Shown in pieces: positions 35,719-46,100 of a stretch of DNA of 64,000 nt (its first letter is position 1; every line of letters begins with the position of its first letter). The notes beneath the pieces were generated by a model. That model saw only the letters and a program-made list of their open reading frames with translations, did not search any database and was not told the DNA's origin. The position numbers and the translations under genes are program-made. The stretch is from Acidobacteriota bacterium (GTDB taxonomy: Bacteria; Acidobacteriota; Vicinamibacteria; Vicinamibacterales; UBA2999). The DNA is taken from positions 123,638 to 187,637 of the forward strand of contig JAUYQQ010000016.1 of NCBI GenBank assembly GCA_030697165.1, written 5' to 3'.

Positions 35719-38594
35719 AACGACATCTGCATGCCGAAGCGGATATAGCGCGCGTCCATGATGGCGGTCGGTCTCATCCACGCGTTGGTCGCTGGGTTGG
35801 CACCATACGTTTCGTTGACCCTGGTCACGGTGCCCGCGTTCAGGATGTTGAAGAAGTCGGCGAAGCCCTGGATGCGGGTGCGGTTGCCGACACGGAAGGT
35901 GCGGCCGAGACGCAGGTCGAGTTGGTTGAAGGTGTCCAAGAACACGGTGTTAGGTTGAACGAGGTTGACCCCGATCGTGGTCGCGCCGGCCGTCGAGCCA
36001 ACGATCGGCCGGCCGGCGATGCCGGCGGTCACCGTGTAGTTGGCGGCCACGCTCGGCCCCGGCCGCGACAGGAACGAGCCGCTCAGCTGGAACTCATACG
36101 GCAGCTGATACGCGGCCGACATCTTGAACGTGGTGCGGAACGGCGGCACCGCGTCACAGAAGCGCGCGCTGTTCGGGTTGTCGCGCTCGTCGCACGAGGT
36201 CGTCGCCCGGCGGTCGGTGGTGATGCCGCCAAACAGCAACAGCTTGGTGAACCGCGCGTTGGCGCTCACTTCGAAGCCGTTGTAGACCGAGGTGTTGATG
36301 TCCGAGAACGTCCGGAGGTTGTCGGTGGCCACGCCGAGCTTGTTCGCGTTCAGCGAGTGCATGGTGATGGCGGCGCCTGAGGCCGGCAACCGCGGATCGG
36401 TCGGGGTGGCAATCGAGAACGGCGACCAGTCGGTGACCGCCAGGTTGGTGTTGTCGGTCACATCCAGGTTGTAGAACTGGCGCCGGTAGAAGCCGGCGGT
36501 CATCGACAGGCGATCCAACAGCTGGTGCTGCACGGTCGCGTTGTATTCCCAGTTGTAGCCGCGCAGCAGATCCGGATCGGGCCGGCTGGTGATGCCGCCG
36601 AAGTTCGACGTGCCGCCGAACACCTCGCCCGTCTGGACGTTGCCGGCGGCATCGTAGAGGGACTTGTTGCGGTCGAGGTCGATCCAGGCGCGGGGCTGCG
36701 TCGAATAGGTCATGCCGTTGAAGATCGCAGCGTAGCCGGCCGCGGCTGAGGCGATGTACTTGCTCGCATTCACCTTGAGGGCGGTCTTGCCGTTGCCGAA
36801 CACGTCGTACGCCGCGGCCATGCGCACCGACCAGTCATTCCAGTTGGGAACGTCCTTGATCTCGGCGAAGCTGCGCGCCTGGATCCACGTGCTCGCCGGC
36901 GCCGACTGGGCGGGGACCATCGCGTTGAAGTGGTCGAAACGGCCGCCGAGGTTGAGCGTGAGCTTGTCGATCGTCCAGGTGTCCTGGATGAAGAAGCCAA
37001 AGTCGTTCTTGACTTTCTGTTGGGCCGTGGTGGGGCCGTTGTGCACGACGACGGCGATCGGGCAGGGCAGCGCGGTGCACGGGATCGGGTTGGTGGCGCT
37101 GGCGGGCGCGCCGAGGAGGCCGTTGTTGAACACCAGCGTGTTGATCTGGGCGTTCGACGAGAACGTCCTCGAGTTGGTGCCCCACTGCATGGTGACGCCG
37201 GTCTTGAAGGCGTGCGAGCCGGTGATGTAGCTGGCCGACGCCGCGGAATTGTAGCTCTTGGTCCAGCTCGTATACGGCGGAATCGTGTTGCCGCAGGCCA
37301 CCGTCAACCTGCCGGTGGTCTGTTCCAGGCGGGGCAAGTCTGTGGGGCCGACGCTTTCACGGCAGTTCTGTTCGTAGTCCTGCGTGTAATACGAGATGCC
37401 GGCCTCGAGCAGCAGCTTGTTGGTGGTGGTCTGCGTCCACTTGAGCTGCGGAACCCAACCCAACCCGAACGCGTCGGTCGAGGCTTCGGGCGATGTGGTC
37501 GGCAGGGTGTTGAAGCCGTTGAAGAACTCGCCGTTGTACTGGCGGTCGAGATAGAAGCGGACCTTGTCCTTCTGCGACGCCTGCCAGGTCAGCCTCGTCA
37601 CCGCGCTGTAGTTCCCCATGGCCTGGCGATATGCCTGGCTGCCGTCGTCGAACGCGGAGCTGGCGACGTAGGTCTTGTTGTCCTCGTACTTGTAGGTGAA
37701 GTAAAACCACAGTTTGTCGCGTTTGATTGGGCCGCCGAACGACGGGTTGATCTGGTAGGTATAGGCGATGCTGGGCTGCGGCACGCCTGCCGCCCTCACC
37801 TCGTCCGACCGGTTGTCGGCCTGCAACCCACCGTTCATGCCGTAGGCGAAGAACGTGCCGGAGAAGGTGTTGCCGCCGTCCTTCGGCGTGCTGTTGATGC
37901 GCAAGCCGCCGTTCTGCATCTCGGCCGACTCGGCGCCGGTGGTAAAGGTGACTTCCTGGATGCTGGCGTCGTTCATGTAGAACCCGCTGTACTGGCCGCT
38001 GCCGCACAGGTTGTTGACGCGCAAGCCGTCGATGGCGATCACCATGTCGGCGGTGTTCGAGCCGTGCACGCTCATGCTGTATTGCCCCAGCACGAACGGC
38101 GTCACCGTCGTGCCCGGCAGCAGCAGCGCCCGGGCCGGCGTGTTGCGGATGGGCGTGGGAATCGAATCGAGAATGTCGCGGTTGGCCACGAACTGGGTCC
38201 GGTTGTTGGTCACGTCAACGGTCGGCGTCGCGCCGGTGACCGTGACCGACTCTTCGAGCGCGCCGACCTCGAGCCCAACGTTAATCTGCGCCGAGAAGGC
38301 GCCCTCGAGCACCACGTCCTCGCGCCGCACCGTCTTGAACCCCGGCAGGGTGAACACGACCTGATAGCGCCCTGGGCTGAGGTCCACGATCCGGTACTGC
38401 CCGGACCCGTCGGTGACCACGGTGCGGGCCTTTTCGATCAGCGCCGGGCTGGACGCCTCGACCGTGACCCCGGGCAACACGGCGCCGGATCCGTCGCGGA
38501 CCACGCCGGCGATTGAGGCCTGCGCACTGGCCTCCCTGGACGTGATGAACAACGCCACACAGAGGACTGCTGCGCACAACACAACTCGACGCAT
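35715..38594 (-). CDS. TonB-dependent receptor with N-terminal carboxypeptidase-regulatory-like domain
   Basis: ATG 38594 signal peptide MRRVVLCAAVLCVALFITSREASA; SIAGVVRDGSGAVLPGVTVEA...GQYRIVDLSPGRYQVVFTLPGF domain; C-terminal ...RYIRFGMQMSF*. Confidence 0.8.
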   Translation of the reverse strand: MRRVVLCAAVLCVALFITSREASAQASIAGVVRDGSGAVLPGVTVEASSPALIEKARTVVTDGSGQYRIVDLSPGRYQVVFTLPGFKTVRREDVVLEGAFSAQINVGLEVGALEESVTVTGATPTVDVTNNRTQFVANRDILDSIPTPIRNTPARALLLPGTTVTPFVLGQYSMSVHGSNTADMVIAIDGLRVNNLCGSGQYSGFYMNDASIQEVTFTTGAESAEMQNGGLRINSTPKDGGNTFSGTFFAYGMNGGLQADNRSDEVRAAGVPQPSIAYTYQINPSFGGPIKRDKLWFYFTYKYEDNKTYVASSAFDDGSQAYRQAMGNYSAVTRLTWQASQKDKVRFYLDRQYNGEFFNGFNTLPTTSPEASTDAFGLGWVPQLKWTQTTTNKLLLEAGISYYTQDYEQNCRESVGPTDLPRLEQTTGRLTVACGNTIPPYTSWTKSYNSAASASYITGSHAFKTGVTMQWGTNSRTFSSNAQINTLVFNNGLLGAPASATNPIPCTALPCPIAVVVHNGPTTAQQKVKNDFGFFIQDTWTIDKLTLNLGGRFDHFNAMVPAQSAPASTWIQARSFAEIKDVPNWNDWSVRMAAAYDVFGNGKTALKVNASKYIASAAAGYAAIFNGMTYSTQPRAWIDLDRNKSLYDAAGNVQTGEVFGGTSNFGGITSRPDPDLLRGYNWEYNATVQHQLLDRLSMTAGFYRRQFYNLDVTDNTNLAVTDWSPFSIATPTDPRLPASGAAITMHSLNANKLGVATDNLRTFSDINTSVYNGFEVSANARFTKLLLFGGITTDRRATTSCDERDNPNSARFCDAVPPFRTTFKMSAAYQLPYEFQLSGSFLSRPGPSVAANYTVTAGIAGRPIVGSTAGATTIGVNLVQPNTVFLDTFNQLDLRLGRTFRVGNRTRIQGFADFFNILNAGTVTRVNETYGANPATNAWMRPTAIMDARYIRFGMQMSF

Positions 38595-38719
38595 GTTCGA
38601 CTCCCTCGGGTTCGATGGATTGACGAAGTGATGCCGTGCATCAGTCGCGGACATTAAGGGGGACTGGCCGTGGTGTCAAGACAATTGGATACACGCCGCC
38701 CGGAATATCATGGCCCGGC

Positions 38720-39556
38720 ATGACGCCCCTTACGTCCTGTGACACCGCCCCTCTCTTCCGTCCGTTGTCGCGGCAGTTGGTGGGCTTGTTGCGGGCATTG
38801 CCGGCCGACGACTGGCTCCGGCCCACGGTCGCGGGCGCCTGGCGGGTGCGCGACGTGGCGGCCCACCTGCTTGACGGCCAGCTACGCAAGCTCTCGGCCC
38901 AGCGCGACGTCCACCTCACCCCGCCCGATCGCCCCATCCAGTCGGACCAGGACCTCGCGCGGTTCATCAACGCGGTCAACGCCGCCGGCGTGGCCTTTGG
39001 CGCGCGCCTGAGCACCGCGGTGTTGACCGACCTGCTCCAGCACGCCGGCGAGCAACTGGCCGACCTCGTGACCAGCCTCGACCCCCATGGGCCGGCGATC
39101 TACGCCGTGAGCTGGGCCGGCGAGCAGCAGTCCGAGAACTGGATGGACACCGGGCGCGAATACACCGAGCACTGGCACCACCAGATGCAAATCCGCGACG
39201 CCACCGGCCGCCCGCGGTTGCTGGCGCCGCGATGGCTCGAGCCGTTGCTCGCGATCTCCGTGCGGGCGTTGCCCTATGCCTATGCCGGCGTGCGCGCGGC
39301 GCCCGGCACCACCATCACGCTCGCGGTCACCGGTGAAACGACCGGCAGCTGGACGCTCGTGCGCGTCGACGACCGCTGGCAGATCTGGCGCGGTCGGCCG
39401 GCGGCGCCAGACGCGATGGTCACGATCGCGGCCGATGATGTGTGGCGGATGTTCTACAACGCGCTGGCGGGAGACGCACTGCGGCGGCGCGTGACGGTGG
39501 CGGGAGATGCCGACCTGGCCGCGCCGTTGCTGCGAGCCAGGTCGGTCATTGTGTAG
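38720..39556 (+). CDS. DinB-like / mycothiol maleylpyruvate isomerase N-terminal domain family protein
   Basis: WRVRDVAAHLLDGQLRKLS and TEHWHHQMQIRDA His-rich motifs typical of the DinB_2/TIGR03083-type fold; ATG 38720. Confidence 0.55.
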   Translation: MTPLTSCDTAPLFRPLSRQLVGLLRALPADDWLRPTVAGAWRVRDVAAHLLDGQLRKLSAQRDVHLTPPDRPIQSDQDLARFINAVNAAGVAFGARLSTAVLTDLLQHAGEQLADLVTSLDPHGPAIYAVSWAGEQQSENWMDTGREYTEHWHHQMQIRDATGRPRLLAPRWLEPLLAISVRALPYAYAGVRAAPGTTITLAVTGETTGSWTLVRVDDRWQIWRGRPAAPDAMVTIAADDVWRMFYNALAGDALRRRVTVAGDADLAAPLLRARSVIV

Positions 39557-40105
39557 TTATTTCTTCTTTGCGATCTTCAGTTCGCCGAGCTTGGCGACCA
39601 TATCGGGACCAGCCGACGTGGCCTTCACCGCGGTGTCGATGTGGAGGATCTTTCCGTCCGGGTCGATGTAGAACGTCCACCGCCGCGCCATGCCGGTGGC
39701 GCCGAGGACGCCGTACTTGGCGCCGATCTCCTTGGTGACATCGCTCAGGATCGGATAGTCCGCCTCGTGCATCTGGGCGAACTTCGTGTTGTCCTCAATC
39801 GCGTCCGTGCTGATCATGTAGTACGCGACGTTGTACTGCCGGATGAGATCGCCGCTCTCACGGAGCGACTTGCATTCGGCCGTTCAACCACCGGTAAAGG
39901 CTTTCGGGAACCACGCGAGTACCACCGCCTGCTTGCCCTTCGACTCGGCGAGCGTGTGGGTCTTACCATCCGATCCGGGTGCCGAGAACGCGGGGGCCAT
40001 GTCACCAACCTTCAATTCCGCTGGTGCCTGGGCCATGCCCGCCGCGCTCGTCACCAGGCTCAAGGCGGCGCCGACGCCAATCTTGAGCCATGACTTCATA
40101 CGCAT
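39557..40105 (-). CDS. Secreted peroxiredoxin (AhpC/TSA-Bcp-like) with in-frame TGA (39884-39886) at the peroxidatic Cys position; candidate selenoprotein
   Basis: ORFs 39884..40240 and 39557..39817 are in the same frame. Read-through gives ...VVLAWFPKAFTGG-TGA-TAECKSLRESGDLIRQYNVAYYMISTD.... GGAGGA Shine-Dalgarno before ATG 40105; signal peptide MRMKSWLKIGVGAALSLVTSAAGMA. Confidence 0.65.
39851..39869 (-). promoter_or_regulatory. Candidate bacterial SECIS-like hairpin downstream of the in-frame UGA
   Basis: Minus-strand RNA GUCGCUC-CGUGA-GAGCGGC: 7-bp stem (one G-U), 5-nt loop containing GU, stem starts 18 nt from the U of UGA. Confidence 0.35.
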
Positions 40106-40160
40106 GAGCTGATCCTCCACTGGCGAATGGTACCCCAATTGCGGGACTAGAATCGATACT

Positions 40161-43100
40161 GTGAGAGTTTGGGTGCGACGGGGGCTGGTCATTCCGGCGG
40201 CGATAGCCGCGGGGATGACGTTGGGCGCCCTGTTACTCATTCACACCCCGTGGGCGCGCAGTCGTGCCCTGTCCTGGGCCGGCGATTTCGTCGCCCGCTA
40301 CGACCTGGTACTCAGCGCGGACGCCCTGAGCTACAACGCGCTGACCCGCCGCATTACGCTCACCGGCGTGCGCCTCGCGGCCGAGGGCCACGACGACCGG
40401 CCATTCCTGGTCGCCCAACGCGTCGAAGTCACGCTGCCGTGGATGGTGTTCCGCGGCCGCTTCGCCATCGATCATCTCAGCATCGACAACGGCATTGTCG
40501 ACATCGTTCGCGACGAGAACGGCGTGACCAACCTGCCGCCGGGCTCTGACCAGCCCACGCCGGAGACGGCGCGCCGCCTCGACCTGCGCGGCCTGACGCT
40601 GCGCGGCCTCGACGTGCAGTACGCCGACCTGGTCCGCGACTGGGGCGTCAAGATTCCGCAGATCGAGTCAGCGCTCACCAGCGGCGCGCTCGGCGCCGAG
40701 GGCGCGTTCGCCGTGCGGGGCCCGCTTGCCGTGCGACTGCGCGAGCGCACCTTGACCATGGCCCCCTTCGACACGGTGATAACCTTCGATGGTTCCGACG
40801 TGACGTTGGCCGACGCCCGGCTGGTCTCGTCGGAACTGAACGCCTTTCTGAGCGGCACGATCCACCGCGTGCTGGATTCGCCAAGCCTGGCCCTCACGCT
40901 CAAGGGCACCGTCGCTCTCGAGCACGCCACCAAATGGATCCCGCCGCCGCCCGTGCCGGTCGGCGGCCTGGTCACCATCGACGGCACCATCGCCGGACCG
41001 ACCAGCGACGTCGTGACGACGCTGCGCGTGTCGAGCAACACGCTCGCGGTCGGGCGCGAGCGCGAGCTCACCCTGTCGGGTCCCGTGCTGGTCACCTTCG
41101 AATCGTTCTCGGGCACGGCGCTCGCCATCGTCCCGCGATCGGGCGGCGAGATTCGCGCCGACTTCAACGTGCCCTGGGGCGGCACCGCGATCAGCACGGC
41201 CACCGCCTCGTGGCGGGCGCTCGACGCGCAAACCGCGCTCGACATGGCCAACGTCACCCCGCAGGCGATTGCCGCCGGTTTCGACGGCAGCGGCACGTTC
41301 GAGTTCGGCGAGCCGCGCCGCTTCGCGATCACCAACCGCGCCACCGGTCGCGCCAAGCGGAACCACGTGGCCATGACCGGCACCCTCCGGGCGACGATCG
41401 TCGGCGACGACTACCGCTTCGATCACAATCACACGCTGCCAGGTGCGGCAATCGAGGGCCGCATGGCGGGCCGCATCAACCGCGATTCGGCGTTGCTGTC
41501 GACCATGACCGGCCCCGCGCATGCGCGGGTGAGCGACGTCGCCACAGCGGCGCAAGGCCTGGCGATGCTGGGGTTTCCGGTCCCCGAGATCGCCGCCGAC
41601 GTGCATGGCGCGATCGACGTGCCCATGACCCTGGCGGGTTCCTACAAGCTGCCGCAGATCGAGACGCAGGTGTCGGGCGATGACGTGGACGTGCCGCTGC
41701 TGGGCCGCGTCCGTCTCACGACGCACCTGGTCGCTGACACCACGCGCGCCGACATTACGAATCTCGAGGTGCGCCAGGGCTCGTCGCTCATCACCGGCAA
41801 CGCGGTCGCCAACATCACCGAGAGCACCTGGACCGGCCAGTTCAACGTCGATGCCCCCCGCGCCGAAGAGTTGCAGGCCGATGTGCCCGAGGCGTGGCGC
41901 GTGGCTGGTCCGCTGACGGTCGGCGCGACGCTTGGCGGCACCTTCGACGTTTACAGGCTCGACACCACCATCACCGGTTCGGCGCTGACGTGGGCCGGGC
42001 AGACCATCGACACCGCGAACGCAAAGGCCGTGGTGACCCCCGATGCCATCGACGTGACGTCGCTCGAACTGCGGCAGGGCGTGGGCTTGCTCGACGGCCG
42101 CGTGCGCTACGCCTGGGAGACCGGCGCGTACGACGCCAGCCTGAAGGGCGACCGGCTGTCGTGGCAGGGCGCCCTGCTTGCGCCCAACGACACGCAGGCC
42201 GTGTTCTCGATGCAGTTCGACGGCAAGGGCACCACTGCCCAGCCGCGTGGGCAGGGGCGCGTGGACTTCTCGTTGACCGGCGGGGACGCCGGCACCCTGA
42301 TCGGCGCGGGTGAAATGACGGCGGACCTGATGGGCGATCACGCGCGCGTCGTCGTCCGGTTGCCCTCGATTGGCGCACTGGTCAACGCCGACGTGGCCAC
42401 CGCCTCGCCTTACGACTACAAGGCGACGGCCATCCTCGATCGCCTCGAACTGGCGAGGCTGGCGCCGTTCCTCGACGCCGTCGAATCCGAGATCCTTGGC
42501 TTCGCCAGCGGCACGGTGACGGCGTCGGGCCGCTTCGCCGACGCCCGCGACCGCGTCGCCATTGTCAACCTGACCGAGCTCGACGCCGGGATTGGCGGCG
42601 TGCCCGTGAGCTTGAACGCGCCGGTCCACGTCGTGTTGCGCGGCGACGATGTGACGCTCAAGGACCTGAATGTCCGCATCGGCGCGGGCCGGTTGACGGC
42701 GGCGGGTGAGTGGAACACGAAACTCGACGGTGCGTTCCAGGGACAGTTCATCGGCGAGTTCCAGGACGCCATCCGCATGGGCCGCGCCGTGGGCGTGCCG
42801 GTCACCTTCGACGGCTCGGGCCCGCTGTCGTTGGACCTCCGATCGAACGGCAGCCGCGCCGGCACCCTCGCGACGCTGTCGCTCAAGGCCGGCACCTTCA
42901 ACTGGGGCGGGGGTCCGCCAGCGGTCACGAACCTGAACCTCGAGGCCGTGCTGCAGGGCGAGTCGCTGACCGTGTCGCGGCTCTCCGGCGATGTGGCCAG
43001 CGGCGGCGTGGTGGGCAGCTTTGCCGCCACCGCGCAAGCCGAGGTCCCGGTCCTCGAACTGTCGGCCATCGTCGGTGAGCTCACCGTCGATGCCGCCAAG

Positions 43101-46100
43101 TTCACGTTCTCTGGGATCCCGGTCGAGCAGCAGCGGCCGTCGCGGGTCGAGTTCGCGCGCGGTTCGCTGGCGGTCGCCGACATCTCGTGGATGGTGGCCA
43201 ACAACCCGCTGGTGATTGACGGGTCGGTGGGCTTTGCCGCCGAGGACCCGCCGCTCGACCTGTCGGTGCAAGGCCTGATTGACCTGCGCGTGCTGTCGGC
43301 CTTCGTCAGCACGCTGGCGTTCGACGGCAACGCCAACCTCAACACCTTGATCGGCGGCACCGTGTCGCGCCCGCTGTTCGACGGCGAGGTGGCCCTGCGG
43401 GACGCCGAAATCGCGATCGCGGAACCGCGCCTGGTGCTGTCGGACCTCAACGGAGTGATCCTGCTCGACGGCCAGCGCGTAGTGCTCGACGGCATTAGCG
43501 GCCTGGCCAATGGTGGCACGCTGGGCCTTGACGGATCGCTGCAGGTGTCGGGCGTCGACGCCATCGACGGCGTCGTCAACATCCAGGCCAAGGGCGTCGC
43601 GATCGAACTGATCGACGGGCTGCGCAGCGAACTGGACGCGCTGATCACGTTTCGCCCCGACCCCAAGGGGCCGACCATCACCGGCGACATCCGGGTGGTG
43701 CAGAGCGCCTACGCCGAAACCATCACGCTCGCGGCATTGGCCCGCCGCGCGACGCTACCGGTCTCGCCAACGCAGCAGCAGCCGTATCTCGATCGCGTGC
43801 GGCTGAACCTGAACGTCACGACCAGCGATGACATGACCGTCGACAACAACTACGGCCGGCTCGCGGCTGCCGTCAACGTGCGTGTCACCGGCACCGCGGC
43901 GGCACCCGGCATGGACGGGCGCATCACGCTGCGCGAAGGTGGCGAGATCTTCCTGGCCGGCCGGACCTTCCGCATCACCCGCGGCGACATTTCGTTCACC
44001 GATCTGCGCCGCATCCGGCCCGAGTTCAACATCGTCGCCGAGGCGCCGCTCGGTGGTGGCGACATGGCCACCCTCACCTTGACCGGGACGCTGGAACGGC
44101 CGTCGATCGACCTGACGTCGGAAGACGGGTCGCGGACGCCGGGCGAGTTGGCGGCACAACTGCTGGGCCAGACCAACACCGGCACCGCGCTCACGCTGCT
44201 GTCGGCCGACCTGCTGGGCGTGACCGGGCGGGCGATTGGCCTCGACACCTTCCGCGTCGAGCGCGGCGAGTTCGAGGATCCCGACTTCCGCGACGACCCG
44301 TCGTTGATCGGCAACGATCGAACGGACCCGACCACGCGCTTGACGCTATCGAAGCGGTTGAGCCGCAAGGTCGAGTTCACGGTGTCGCAGAACTTGCGCG
44401 AGAGCGGCAACACCACCTTCGTCATCAGCTACTACGTGACGCCGACCATCGAGATTCGCGGGTTGTCGCGTGACGACGACACCGCGAGCGTCGGCATTCG
44501 CCATCAGGTGACGTTCGGCGGCGGCGTCGGCCGCAAGCCCACGGAGCTGCGCGTGAAGCAGAAGGTGTCGGCGATTACGTTCGCGGGCGTCGAGCCCGCC
44601 GTTGAGCGGGAGGTGCGCGCCGAGATCTCGCTCGATCCCGGCGACGACTTCGATTTCCTGGTGTTGCAACGCGACGTGGACCGGGTCCGCGATCGCTTCA
44701 AGAAACAGGGCTATTTCGAGGCGCGCGTGCGGACCCGCCGCGTCGACGTGCCTGAGTCAGGCACCGTGGTGGTCGAGTACACGGTGGACCGCGGCCCGCG
44801 CACGGTCCTCGAGGTCATCGGTGCGACCCTGCCGTCGAGCCTCACCGAGGACCTCGAGGAGGCCTGGCATCGCAACGCCTTTGATCAGTTCCTGATCGAC
44901 GATCTCACGCACCGGGTTCGCCGCTACCTGGTCGGCACCAACGAGTTGGGCAGCGTCGTGGTGGGCACGGTCGATCGGCCGCTGCCGAATACCAAGCGGC
45001 TGACCATCGAGGTGACCGAGGGCGTGCGGGTCAGCGGCCGCGAGATTCGGGTCACCGGTCACCAGGCGCTGGACGGGGACCGGCTGCTGGACGCGATCGA
45101 GGCGCAAGGGCTGGACGTAGAGGCGTGGCTCAACCGCAGGCCGGTCGAGGAACTGCTCGTCACCGCCTACCACGCGGCCGGGTACCTCAAGGCCCAGGTG
45201 ACGGGTGGCCCGTTGACCATCGACGGCGACACCGGCGTGCTGCCCATTACCATTGTCGAGGGCCCGCAGACGCAGGTGACGAGTGTCCAGTTCGAGGGCG
45301 TGCCCGAGCGCCGGCTGGCGGCCATCCAGAAGGCCGCCGCTATGCAGACACCTGCGCCGTACGTGGCCACCGAGGTCAGCGCCGCCCGCCTCCGGGTCGA
45401 GGAGCAGTACCGGGGAGACGGCTTCAATGCTGCCGACGTCGAAGTGCTGCCGGAAGTGGCGGCTGACGACACCGTTCGCCTCACGTTCGCGATCACGGAG
45501 GGGCCGCAGCAGGTGCTGCAGGAGGTCGAGACGCGCGGTCTCGAGATCACGCGCGGCGACGTGCTCACCGGCTCGCTGCGCTTCGAGTTGGGCCAGCCAG
45601 TGGATCTCGACGCCTGGGCGGTGGCGCGCAAGCGCCTGTACGACACCAACGTGTTCCGGCTCGTGGACATTCAGGCCGTGCCGGTTGGCGAGCCGGTCGA
45701 TGGCGTTCAGCCGGTGAAGGCCCTGGTGGTGGTGCAGGAGTACCCCCAGTGGACGTTCCGCTATGGCTTTCAGCTGGAAGGCGACCGCGAGCTCAAGCTC
45801 GATGAGTTCACGAGCACCCGCAATGCCGGCGTGGTGGCCGAACTGAAGAACCCGAATCTGTTCGGCCGCGCCCTCACCTTCGGCGCGTTCGGCATGTATC
45901 AGTACGATCGCCAGGACGCAACGCTGTTCCTGGCCACGTCACGGCTGTTCGGCTGGCGGGCCCGGTCGAGCCTGTACGGGTTCTACTCCCGCGATCACAT
46001 TCGCGACGATGACGGGCAGGAGATCGTCGCGATCAACGACGTCCAGGGCTTCAGCGCCGACCAGCGCTGGCGGCCGCGCGGCCTGCAGGTCGTCTACGGC

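Noticed and set aside
39557-40240. Interpreting the split peroxiredoxin as an ordinary nonsense pseudogene
   Set aside because: The single interruption is a TGA aligned exactly with the peroxidatic Cys (FTGG-x-TAEC). The rest of the frame, the Shine-Dalgarno and the signal peptide are intact, and a hairpin follows. A selenoprotein is the better hypothesis, but it remains unproven without sel genes.
40668-43271. 867-aa minus-strand ORF (and others, e.g. 42416..43690 and 45939..46775) inside the giant TamB-Omp85 gene
   Set aside because: These are antisense shadow frames of a motif-rich plus-strand gene. Their composition is Arg/Gly/Ala/Asp dominated and they have no family resemblance.
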